This document shows positions 27,729 through 39,603 of a stretch of 64,000 nt of DNA, one piece after another. The translations under genes were made by a program, and so were the position numbers. The number at the start of each line of letters is the position of its first letter. Position 1 is the stretch's first letter. The notes beneath the pieces are model-generated. The model was not told the origin of the DNA. It did no database searches and saw nothing but the letters and a program-made list of their open reading frames with translations. Origin of the DNA: Spironucleus salmonicida (taxonomy: Eukaryota); the NCBI RefSeq assembly GCF_000497125.1, contig NC_090601.1, positions 496,001 to 560,000 on the forward strand, read 5' to 3'.

Positions 27729-27983
27729 ATGATTTATGACGATATAGAGAGTTGTTAAAAATAGTGTAAGCTTGTTTGTACTTAGACAAAAAAAGGATAT
27801 CAATGCAAACATATTGTAGTATAGTGGGTGCTTTTTACGTTGTTCCTGATTGCATTTTTTGCTATTTTTGTCGTAGTTATTTTTATAGTTATTAAAAAGT
27901 TAATCAGGAGAAATAAATTACTCCAGTAATCAAAATTAATTTTGGAATGCGATATTTAGTATTCATCGTCTTATAATTAATGA
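27729..27983 (+). CDS. Small single-pass membrane protein with a 4-Cys N-terminal domain (84 aa)
   Basis: MIYDDIESCQKQCKLVCTQTKKGYQCK, long hydrophobic helix, then KKLIRRNK. Confidence 0.7.
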
Positions 27984-28908
27984 TTATTTGATCAGTAAAG
28001 GGCGCATTGAGATATACCCTTCATTAGATTATAAATTATCATTTCACATTGCTTAATAGCAGTTAATTTTAAAAGTGTAAGTCTTATTATCTGAATGATA
28101 TTAATTGTAGATTACTACTTTAATAGTTAAAAAGGGATAAATATTTTCTTATTAGCTTAGTATATATGATTTATTAAAACAATGAGTATATTAAGGATTA
28201 TAGCAATTTATAGCGTGAAACTTTTGATTATAAGCGTTACAGTAGAAGTATAAGATTCAATAAAAAATTACATCTAACAAGTGAAAAATGAAAATTACTA
28301 GACCTAAGTAAAATTATGCATTTAATCTTTGTATATACATGTAAGTTAATTTGTAGGTTAAAACACTTACTATGATTTTAAATAAAATATCATATTTATA
28401 TTGATAAATATAATTTAGGAATAGTTTATCATGTTCTGTATTCATATATTAAACAAAAATTATATGTGATTTGTTCAAACTGATAATTAATGTCTAAATA
28501 TCAGACAATTATAGTGATATGATTATAATCAAATCAATATTGTATTTATAATAAATAGAATTTATCAATTTCTAATAAGATTTTATAATGTTCAAACAAT
28601 ATTTTATCATATTTTTGTATATTTAAACAGTAATAAAGATTTAAATCTATATAAATATTAATAATGTTTACTTTTTAGATATTCTAATTTCTTTAGTATT
28701 TATTTATTCTCATTTATTTGTTTCAACATTAGTTATTTTATAACTATCATATTAATATCAAATTTAATAATATACTAGTATGATACTATTAATATTATAT
28801 ATAAATAAATATTAAATAGAAAATCAGAGTTTTTATTTATAGAATAAAAAAATATAACAATATAATAATAATAGATTTTCTTTTCATCACCACTTCGCAA
28901 ATACACAA

Positions 28909-29490
28909 ATGTCACAAACTTTTATTAAATGTGTTGTTGTAGGAGATGGTGCTGTTGGTAAAACATGTTTGATACACGTATTTACTTAAAATTGTTTCCC
29001 AGAAGATTATATTCCAACAGTTTTTGATAACTACTAAACCAATATAGACCTAGATAATCGTAATTTTCAGCTTGGTATTTGGGATACTGCTGGATAGGAT
29101 GATTATGATTCAGTTCGTCCTTTATCATACTCTGGCGCATAAGTATTTTTAATTTGCTACTCAATTATGGCTCCAGCAAACTTTGATAATGTTCGTTAAA
29201 AATGGGCACCTGAAATTTTTGCATACAAAAAAGATATTCCAATTATTTTAGTAGGTACAAAGGGAGATTTATTAAATGACTAGGAGGCATTAGACGAATT
29301 GAAGGCCCAAACAAAATCAGTTCCTGTTACTACTGAATAAGCTGCCGCTATGCAAAAGGAAATTGGTGCAATTGGTAACGTCGTAATTAGCGCTAGAACA
29401 GGAAAAGGTGTTAAAGAATTATTCGAAAATGCAGTAAGAGCTGCTATTACCCCTATTAATAAGAAAAAAGGAGGTTGTGGCACCAATTGA
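28909..29490 (+). CDS. Rho-family (Rac-like) small GTPase (193 aa)
   Basis: IKCVVVGDGAVGKTCL, YIPTVFDNY, WDTAGQ (Q encoded by TAG), RPLSY, LVGTKGDL; tail KKKGGCGTN. Confidence 0.97.
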
Positions 29491-29614
29491 AATGAGTGAG
29501 CGTTAAAAATCATTAACATTACTTTTTAATAACGTATAAATACGAAAATCCATAATATAAACTTATTATTATACACTATAATACATATTCCCTTCCAATT
29601 CTCTATTCACTGAA

Positions 29615-30166
29615 ATGAATTTCTTACCTGCTGAATTTTTAAAGTAAGCGCCACCAGTTACTTATAATTATGCTATAATTATAATTTTAATTAGTGTCGC
29701 TACTACATTAAACATTCTATCTCCATTTAACCTTATTTTTGATTTCGACTTAATTTTCAACAATTTTTAATTTCATAGATTGGTCACTGGTTTTTTATAT
29801 ACCGGTTCTATAAACCTCTAATGGTTAATCAATACATTTTCTAACATCTAAACACTGGCCAGAGCCGAAAACCATTTCCCAAGAAATTCATTGAAACTGT
29901 TATTCACATATCTTCTATTATCAATTACCTTGTTTTCCAAATTCATCCCGATGCCCTTACCTTCAATTCCATTCCTTTCCGCAATTTCTACGATTTTTGT
30001 TATTTACTTCCCAGATAACTTAGTGTAAATTTTCGGTATTTTCGAGATGAAAGCGAAGTATCTGCCTGCGATTCAGCTGGCGCTCTCCAATGACTACCGG
30101 GTTTAAATACTTGGCATGGCTATTGGTGCAGGATGGGTCCTAATTGAGAGAACCCTGCTGAAGTGA
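29615..30166 (+). CDS. Derlin (Der1-like) ERAD membrane protein (183 aa)
   Basis: APPVTY...LSPFNLIFDFDLIFNNFQFHRLVTGFLYTG...VQIFGIFEMKAKYLP; ends AAGTGA. Confidence 0.85.
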
Positions 30167-30176
30167 GCGAAAATTA

Positions 30177-30665
30177 TCATTTCAAGCGTCTGTTGTTTTA
30201 GCTACCTAGCGCCCCTTACTTACTGTTGAACTACTCGTGAAAGGTGCCAATTTCGTCCTCCTCCATATTGAATAGGTCCCTTCTGATGTTCTCCTTTCCA
30301 GTTTTAAGGTCCTTTTCGTACCTCCCGATAACACGTTTTTCACCTATTTGTTGGAAGTGTTCTTTCTGCTCCATATCGTTCGATCTGGTGTGCTTTTTAG
30401 TCTCTACAACTCCGTTTGGGAGAATTGTTGTGGAGGTGGATGAGCAGTAGTATTATGATGATGATGGTTCGTGCGGTTTCTGGAAAAAGGTGTCGAGTTC
30501 TTAAAATGCATTTTGGAATGGGTCATTTTTGAAGAAATTTTAGTGCATTTAAGACATTTGGTTGAAGATAGATTATTAGTCGCCGAATGGGCTCATGAAA
30601 TTATCACTAATTTGACCGAAATCATCAGGAGAGAGATGGTTGGTTAGATTAGATTTTCTGGACAT
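30177..30665 (-). CDS. Myeloid leukemia factor (MLF)-like protein (162 aa)
   Basis: F/M/DPF-rich N-terminus, YYCSSTST, PNGVVETKK...QQIGEKR...KDLKTGKENIRRDLFNMEEDEIGTFHEQF parallels the MLF domain. Confidence 0.75.
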
Positions 30666-31392
30666 TATGTGGAATGATATGTTTAAAAAAAGGAAAGGAA
30701 ATTTGAGGATATACTTATATAAAGTATAATAATAAAGTAGTAAAAAATATGTAAATTAATCAAATTCGAATAAATTTTAGATTGAGTAAAATTACATAAT
30801 ATACATTATATACTAATTCTTTATTTGTTTCTCTAGGATGGTAAATGAAAATATTTTATCTAAATTCATATTGTAATTAATTGTAGAATTTATCATGTAA
30901 TTACATAAAATTGATACAATTGTTTACAATCTTTAACTTATAATTTTAGTTAACAGATATATAAATAAAGTGAAGATACTGTATAATTTCTCTGTTTAAT
31001 AAATACAATTAAACATTATCTTATTTTAGTTATAGTTGTTATTACTTTAAAAAATAACATGATATTTATCAGTTTATTTTACACTCTTAATAAAGTGAAG
31101 TAATTATGCTCTAAACAGATAATATAAAAAGTGCATCTTATCTACATCACCATTATATCAAATCTAAATTTGATGACTAATGTACAACTACAAATTTATA
31201 AATATTTAGCTTGAAAATTGATTGAAATATATTAAGATCAGTTAATAAATTAATGGATATGCCTTTATGGATATACTTAATCATGACCAATAATTAATTC
31301 TATATGATATTTAAGTGCTTATTCTGACGCCTTTAGAAATAATATTCACTAACCATTTCAATTACACCCTTTGAACACATTTACAAATTGCA

Positions 31393-31899
31393 ATGGATCG
31401 ATTGGAAAATGCTGAATTATTGTTCTACAAATTATCTAAACACTCAAGCAAGTACCAGTAAATACCCATTAGAATATTGCAGAAAAGCTCTGCAAATCAC
31501 ATTTTTTCTGCACCACGAATTTGTCAAATTATATATCAGCAGGCGAACTAAAGTATCCCTAAATTTCTTCTCCACCCACTCAACAGACTGCCATAACTCT
31601 CCCAATTCGCCTTAAATTCACAATTTCATACACCAGATTTCACCATATTTACTTGCAAAACGACCCTTAAAATAGTGACACTGCTCAAACGGCATCTTTC
31701 TACATTTAGAATTTTTTCCTAAAATCACTCTCAGGACTTAAAAAAACGTGAATAAATGCTCAATTTGGCCACCAAAACGCTGAAATCTTTATATTAAAGT
31801 TTGCAAGCGGCCTAGACTGGCATTTCCGGCATGGATTTTCAGGAATTAAAAAAACCAAATCTGCACAAAGCAAAAATCTGCAGAACAGACCGCCCCTGA
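31393..31899 (+). CDS. Possible hypothetical protein (168 aa)
   Basis: TGA-free frame from ATG; no motif recognised. Confidence 0.25.
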
Positions 31900-32123
31900 A
31901 ACGTTGAAGTTTCTGCAGAAACTTCAGTGAAAATTAACATTTGGAGCGAATTTGCAGGTTTCGAAATTCGAGAAATTCGACGAAAAAGGAGCGGAACTAC
32001 GTTACAATAGCTTTAATGTCAAAAATATTTCTTGTAACATCAGGTACGTGCTAAATGCATGATACCAATCCAGCTTGCTGCTGGGTAGGATTTCGTCTAA
32101 ATTTAATTGTTGGAAAGTACCCG

Positions 32124-35100
32124 CTGAACCACAAATGCAAGTATTGAATTCGGATACTATCCTTATATGGCCGGCTGTTTTTCGCTTCCAAGAATCTGGC
32201 AGCCGCTGCAGATATTCTGCCGAAGCATTGCGCATCTGGCGAGTATACAAAATTACTCTAACAGAGCCTGTACGTGCGGGAACTACGGTGCGCGTAAGTA
32301 TTCTAATTAGCTGCGCGCGTATTACCGCCCCAATTCCAAATCATCTCCCACGCCGGAAACTCCCACGCCACAATATACGCCTATACTGTGGTTTCGAATC
32401 GCGTACCAATTATAAAATGGGCAACTCCTCCACGTGCACGAGTACCGCGAACTACTGCTACGCCGGGCAGTTCTGTCCCGCGACCAGCGGCACTGAGGTG
32501 TTTTGTAAGTTCTGCTCCACTGGCGTCACGCCGGGGCAGGGGTGCAGCTGTAAGAGATATCACGAGATCAAGGGCTGCTCCAAATGCGATGGTGATGATT
32601 GCGTGGAATGCCTTCCTGGTCATTTCCTGCAGGAGAATACGTGCCAATAATGCGCCAAAGGCTGTGAGCTCTGTGACTCTATCTACGTCTGTACAAAGTG
32701 CCAGGAACAGTACATATTCGACACCATCAGCCAAGATTGCATCCCCGCCTGCATTACCAACGATGACTGCAAGATTCCCCAGGGTTATTTCTGCAATTAA
32801 TTTTCCAGCCGATGCGAGGCATGCGATGAATTTTGCTTGGTATGTATATCTACCGATGTCTGCATATCCTGCTTATAGAAAGAAGATCTTCTGACTATCG
32901 ACGGAAGCTGCATAGCAGGATGCGGGACCCTCAAAAATGGCTAATACTGTTTGTATGATAGCCCTACTCCATGTGTCGAGGATATCAGCACCCAGTGCAA
33001 GTGTGGTTCGGCAATAAACTGCGCAACATGTACAAAAGATGGAACCACCTGTGACAAGTGCCTTACTACATTCTAAAAGGATAACAGCGGAAGATGCCAG
33101 TTGTGCATAGAAGGCTATGAGTCTAAGGGTTATCTATGTGTTCCTAGAGCTATAACTCTCTAGGAGTCTGGAACTTGTTCAGTAGCCAATAATGGCTGCA
33201 AAGCTGGATATTTTTGCCCTTCCACTGGATCTTACTCCGTGTAGTGCGTGCCGTGCAACAACGATATGATCTTTGGTCAATCATGCTATTGCGCCGATAA
33301 TACTCCTACCAAAAACTGTGTAGAGTGTGCTAATGGAAAATGTACTCACGTCCTTCTGGAAAAGGATGGGTAGAAAGTCCCACACACGAAGTGCCTTCAT
33401 GCATGCTTCGAGTGTGATGAGAACTAGAAGTGTCTCCGTTGCGTGCAGGCGCATACGTTAAATAAGGATACCAATACCTGTCATAATGCATGTGTGCATA
33501 ATATTGACTGCGCGTAAGCGAGGGGAAGTTTTTGTAATATTCCAACGAGGAGATGCACACCCTGTCCCACAGGATGCATATACTGTTAAAGTAAAGATTT
33601 CTGCCTCATATGTGATAAGTCTAACTTTGTAACCACCATCGCTGGTATCTGTGAGCCGATGTGCGGAAATCTCGAAACCGGTCAGTACTGCAATGACGGG
33701 AAGGCTGATACATGTGGTATTTACATATCTTCCGAATGCAAGTGCGGTAAGGCTATGAACTGTTCGACGTGCAAAGAAGATGGTGTTAGCTGCGCTACGT
33801 GTTTATCTGGTACGTCAATGGATCACTATGGAATTTGTTATAAGATAATTCCACACGGCCTCGCGTAGTAGCAATTAATAAAAACTGAAATAGTGGAAAG
33901 CTCTGGTGTCCAACTTGGTGTTGGTGCTGCTATTGGTGTCATTTTTACCTTGGTGGTACTGACGGGGAGCGTTGGGGCCATCCTTTACGCTATACTCAAG
34001 AAGAGAAACAAAGCAGCTGTGGCAGTTGACACTGCTACTAACTGATTAATTTATTCATTATATGAACGATACACGTTTGGTGACACATCTTCGCACGGAA
34101 TGTTTACTATGAAGCTATGTTTCACCCGCCTGAGTTTGCACCAATTTATAGTTCAACATAGTTACATCCTAATAATTCCAATTGTGTAATGTCCTTTTCC
34201 CTGAACTTAATAATCAAGGCGAGGTTTCAATAATGTGTTTTGAGTATCAACAGTACTATTCTGCACAGCTAATACCAGCGTGAAATTTATATAAATATGG
34301 GATTATACATTTTTAGTGATATGTGGAAATAAGTAAATCTAGGCCACACAAAATTGTACGGTGGAATACTCATAATAAAGCATGATTAAGAACTAGATCT
34401 GGTAATCAAGGGGTAAACAAACTTGAATTTCCTTTAGCGTAATAAATGATATAACTAGATATTGCATACATAACTTATTATCATGGATAATTACGGAACA
34501 GAGTGGAACGGACTAAGCCCCGTCCATAAAAGCTTACGATACCCCATAACCCATGCATATCTCGAGATATACATTCTCATTTTCAGTGATAAAATAATAG
34601 ATTTCTATTAGTATAAGTACACTGGGCCTAACTGTATTGCAGCTTCAAAGCAAAAGAGAGAATACTAATTGTTAAGACGTATTTTTAAAGAATAGTATAT
34701 AAAATACAGGATTATTCTTCTATTAATATAATTTAAGCTCGGATGATATAGGTGATACTTACGTATAATGATTGACCTCAGTTCACCAGATGGCCATTTT
34801 CACTCCAGATTTACTATATTATATATTATATACTATATTTGTGATTTGAAATGCTGGCTTAATAACTAACTCTATGAATGTACTGCAGTGATTCTATTGA
34901 GAATAATTTGTCCTGTATAGTATTAATTCCATAATTATCCATATAAATAGGTGGCTATCAATCACCCTGGATTAGCGATGTTTAGCTGGCACAGTAAACC
35001 TGACTGGCCTTGTTAATATCAACGGAGTTCGCATTGTCTTTAACGAAATTATTCAATTACTGATATTTAAGACCCGTATATATAAACTACCAGCGCCCAG

Positions 35101-35751
35101 CTACTATTGGTAATAGCTGCTAGTAGCTATCATTTTGGGCACCGTGAGCCGGAAGATGTAAAATCGCCCTATAGTTATTATAACTCCAGTATGGAAGTTT
35201 GATGTAGTATGATGATGCTTGCTTAGCCATTTTCACTAGTTAGTTATTTCATCACTCGGCAGTCGCCGCTCCAATTACGAACGATCCCCTTCCAAATGCC
35301 AAGAACTACACTTACTGCTTCTACCCTACACGATCGGCCTTATCTCTAAACACTGTATAGCACATTATAGTACCGGAGAATTACAGAAGATATTGTTTCC
35401 ACACCAATTCCGCAACCTCCGTATGCCTTCCATCTGGAGGTGTGCAAGATGCAGTAGATGCTTGCCTCAAGCCGTCTTGTCGTGCAGCGAGACATGCCTG
35501 TACTTATACTCTTGTGTGAAAAGGCTCTGGAGATTATAGTTTCTACTAGCCAGCACTTTCGCGTCCGTGCTAACCGCCTCATACCACAGCGCGGCCCCCA
35601 CTATGTTGAGATGCACACATTCTGTAGTAGTCTTATGTCGCTTATTCTCACAGTATAGCGTATCAGAACCGAAAACCAGAGCGGCCGCGTTGCCATCATC
35701 TGTGCCAACTTCCTGCGTGAGCTCCGCGTACACGGGTTTGACCTTCAGTGA
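32124..35751 (+). repeat. Inverted duplication 2, left arm (about 3.63 kb)
   Basis: Reverse complement of 39604-43231 (paired coordinates sum to 75355); mirrored ORF-track peptides are identical within the arms. Confidence 0.97.
32417..34045 (+). CDS. Cysteine-rich membrane protein, two modules, copy 1 (542 aa)
   Basis: MGNSSTCTSTANYCYAGQFCPA; second module ESGTCSVANNGCKAGYFCP; TM LGVGAAIGVIFTLVVLTGSVGAILYAIL followed by KKRNK; intact with TAR=Gln. Confidence 0.92.
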
Positions 35752-36058
35752 TTAGTTTAAATATATATTCATATCATTGTTATGAGGCTTTTTTAATTTA
35801 ATAATTTATACGTGAATTTTATATTCATAATTTTATACTCATTATATATAAAAATAAAATATTTAACTCATGTTTCTGATTTTCCTAAAGTCCTAAAACT
35901 CTAATATAAATTTGTTGCAATTTATTCTTTTTATTTTTGGAAACTAATCTCTTTTTACAAGCAAAGGTTCTATTTATCACCAGTTATACTAATCCATAAA
36001 AATAATTATATCTTATATATATAATTATACATTTTATTCGTTCCACTTTATACCAAAA

Positions 36059-39016
36059 ATGCAATTTTTACCTTAGGAAATTCATCCTCTACTTGCAGAT
36101 GCCAAATCAACATCTGGGTTCACTAGAATCGAGCGTTAATAATCCCCCTAGTTTAAGCTTCTATGTGCATTCGCATCACGTTGGCGAGGCTCCCAACCAT
36201 CTGGTTTCGACGTATCTACATTATAGGGAAAACAAAACGTAGCATAAATTATTGATAAAGTTTTATTAGCACTTCCTGCAGAGAGGTAAGATTTACTAAT
36301 TAACAAACTGCTTATCTGGCTTGCACAACTAGTAAAAACAGCTGAAATAGATGAAAAGTGGTTTGACGATGCATTTAGACGACTGGTGGATTAAGTATAA
36401 AAACTAGACCTTAACATAAATGATTCAGCTCCTCCGTAATAAATAAATTTAACTAAACCGAAATAGTAGATTTCAATAGAAAAAAAATATGAGATTTAGG
36501 AGTCAGATGACTAAGTAATCTAAGTGGAAAGTTTTGATAAAATAACACCTAAATATCTAAATTGCTATAAATATTAAGATTGTGTGAATCCAGAATTCTT
36601 TAAGTTCACAAAAAATGAACTTACAAAACCATAAAATGTACTTAATAATGCATAATACTAAGCTGTCCATGGAAAAAGAATAGCAAAAATTGAAAGAGAA
36701 GTAGAAACTAGAAATTCAGTGCATATTCGAAATGCATCGGATACAGCTCCATACCATTAACGAGCCCTTTCTGCACCATATTTTCATGGCCTTTAGGAAG
36801 CGAAATAAAAAGCAGAAATTATTAATTTGTTAGAAATAGGATAAAATGTACAATAAAATGGAAGGGTAATTGCTAATTTGAGCAAAGGATAACGGGATCA
36901 GCTTAAAAATGTCATTATGAGTAATGATATCAATTTGGATGCTTAGAGCAAAATCAATGCTTATAATGAGGGTCGTGCTAAATAAAAAACGATTGAAATA
37001 AACAAAACCGAGAGTAAAAGATATAATAATCATATTATTAATAATGAAAAATTTGAAAATAACTATTTCCATGGATAAAATAACAAGAAACCCACAATAT
37101 TTGATAATAATAATGAAAGTTAAGCAATAGATTAGGTTAATTTAAATAATTACGACGAAATTGTAGAAAATTAGCATGATGAAGATTTCACAGGCCTTGG
37201 CCTATGTAACCTGAATGAAGCAGAAATTAAAGCCAGATTAAATATTAATGACGAAGGGGAATAATAAGAGGATGAAGCTAAGACAAAAATGGCAGGTTAT
37301 GCATTTAGAAAAACTATAGTTAACGATATGTTATAATAGGTTAGTATACCTATGTTTGATACCAAAATCAAAGGTCTAGAATATATAAAAGATGAAGAAA
37401 ATTACGTTGCTGCGAATACTCAAGATATTGAAAAGCAAATCTTAGCTGGTGGAGATCATAAATTTGATCCTAAGGTATATTAAGTCTGTGCAGTGGCGAA
37501 ATTTGTGACAGATAATAATGATTTATCGATTCATTCAGACTCAGATGAGATTATCGAGGATGAATGTTTTAGAGGTGGTTTATCCGATTCAGAATGCTCT
37601 GAGAATATTTAAATAGAGGATAATGAGCCAAAATTAGTAAAACGTAGTGAAGTGTTAAAAGATCTAAAAGAAACGTTAAAAGTCATAGAATCTGCAGAGA
37701 TTGCTAGTTCCAACGCACCTACCGTTATTTATGGTATGGAGAAAAAGAAAGGGTTAGTTGTTAAGCGTGAAAGAGCACAATTCGACTTAGACGAACAACT
37801 TAGATCTAAAGAGGCTAAAAAGAAAGAAAAACCTTTTAAACCTAAAAAGTTTGTATCTTAGACAACCAAATAGTTTTATAACACTAAAACTGGTGCTTCA
37901 TTGCCGGTATAAGCCAAAATCAACGAGATTTTAGAAAATCAATATAACATTACAGTGAATAAATAATAGGCTACCAAGTTATTAACTGAAATTGATGCCT
38001 AGATAAAATAAGATTAAGAACTTGAGAATACGTATGAAAATGAAATTAAAATTGTAACTAGGAAAACAGAAGCTGCAGAACCATTAAAAGCGGCAATTTT
38101 ATTAAAAGAAAAAGAAAGCTCTGCTCCGAAAAAAATATTATCCTCTATTCTTTTTACAGAAAATTTTAATCCTGAAACAACCCCTCATTAGGTTATTTAA
38201 GATGCTTAAAAATATATAGAGCAAGTAAATAAAGATCTTTAGAAACCATTTATATATGGATCGACAAATGGAATGGATAGTATAAAGTAACGTTTTTATT
38301 AAGAACCTGAAAATTTGACTGAAGCAGACTAACCCGGAATGCCTCTATAAAAGCAAACTTACTTGCCTGTTGGAGCATAAATAAAAGAACCAGGCATGTC
38401 ACATAATGTAGTAAAGTATCAATAAAATTCTGTTTTTGTTAATAATTTTTTATAAAAAATGACAGATATTTAGCAATTTATTGGGGAAAATACTCCAGTA
38501 GACAATTTAGCTATTTTAGCTTCATAAAAAATCAATCAATAACATCAATAAACAAAAAAATAACCCGTTACGCATAGTTAGGATCAACAATCTTCACTAT
38601 ATGATACTAAATATTTCAATTCAGCAAAAGTATTTTCTAACGAACCAATTATTGATCAAGATGCTCCTATAATTAATTTAGCTACTCCATATTAAAATCC
38701 ACAGAATCCAGAAATACTTGCAGAAAATTTAAGAAAGCAAAACTAATTCTAACGCTAAATTGTGCCAACTAAGAATTTACTTGCTATGTAAAGAGCTACT
38801 TCTAGTAATATTTATTATAGAAAACAGTTGCTAGATGCTGGTATTAGAGTGGTTGGAGGAGAGCCTGTTAAGGCAGAAAATAAACCAATTCTAAGCTGTT
38901 TTGAAGGAGTTAGTTAAAGTACTGGTCCTGATATGGCTCCTAGAGTTCTCGTTAAGAAAGGTAAAAAAGGCAAAAAAGGAAAGAAAGGCAAAAAGGGTTA
39001 AAAAGGAAAGAAGTGA
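36059..39016 (+). CDS. Large hypothetical protein with a (KKG)n C-terminal tail (985 aa)
   Basis: aaaATG MQFLPQEIHPLL; the track ORF at 37652 is in the same frame; ends KKGKKGKKGKKGKKGQKGKK-TGA (AAGTGA). The middle was not read codon by codon. Confidence 0.8.
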
Positions 39017-39163
39017 TAAATTGTTTAGTATATATATTTTTGAATTTTGATTACTATTGGAACAAAAAATATACTATTAAATTATATTTTTATAGATATA
39101 GATGATTTTCTACAAGAATAAATATATTATTTATGTTATTCAGTGTGTATTAATTAAAAATAA

Positions 39164-39415
39164 ATGGGAGGTATTTTCTCTGAAGTTACAAAGGATTATA
39201 CAGATATGATGCAGTAAACAAGCTTACAATCATAAATCTAAAGAAAAGTTATTTCAGAGCATCTATAATATACTAAAGTTTAATCATTGACAAAAGAATT
39301 CTGGAAAGAATTATAAGCATCAACAGAGTATTAAATATAACATTTAGATTTATAAGGGGATATAGATCATCATGGTAAAAGTGTTATTAGTATGTCGCTT
39401 CCAAGTTTTGATTGA
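39164..39415 (+). CDS. Small protein with an N-myristoylation-like start (83 aa)
   Basis: MGGIFSEVTKDYTDMMQQ...VISMSLPSFD-TGA. Confidence 0.65.
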
Positions 39416-39603
39416 AGGTTCTTTTATTGCTGATTTATTCTGAATTGAATACAACATGTAATTAAGTTAAAATTATTATATGATTATTTACTAATATATT
39501 AATCATACTTGGATATTTATTTTAAAAAATCTCTAAAACAATGAATACAATTTCATTTTGCATCTATTAATTCTTGCAAATAAATATTACAGAAAATTAA
39601 TAT

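Noticed and set aside
32075-32416. N-terminal extension of the CRMP shown in the ORF track
   Set aside because: Non-Cys-rich, promoter-like sequence; paralogs start at the equivalent of ATG 32417 in an aaaATG context.
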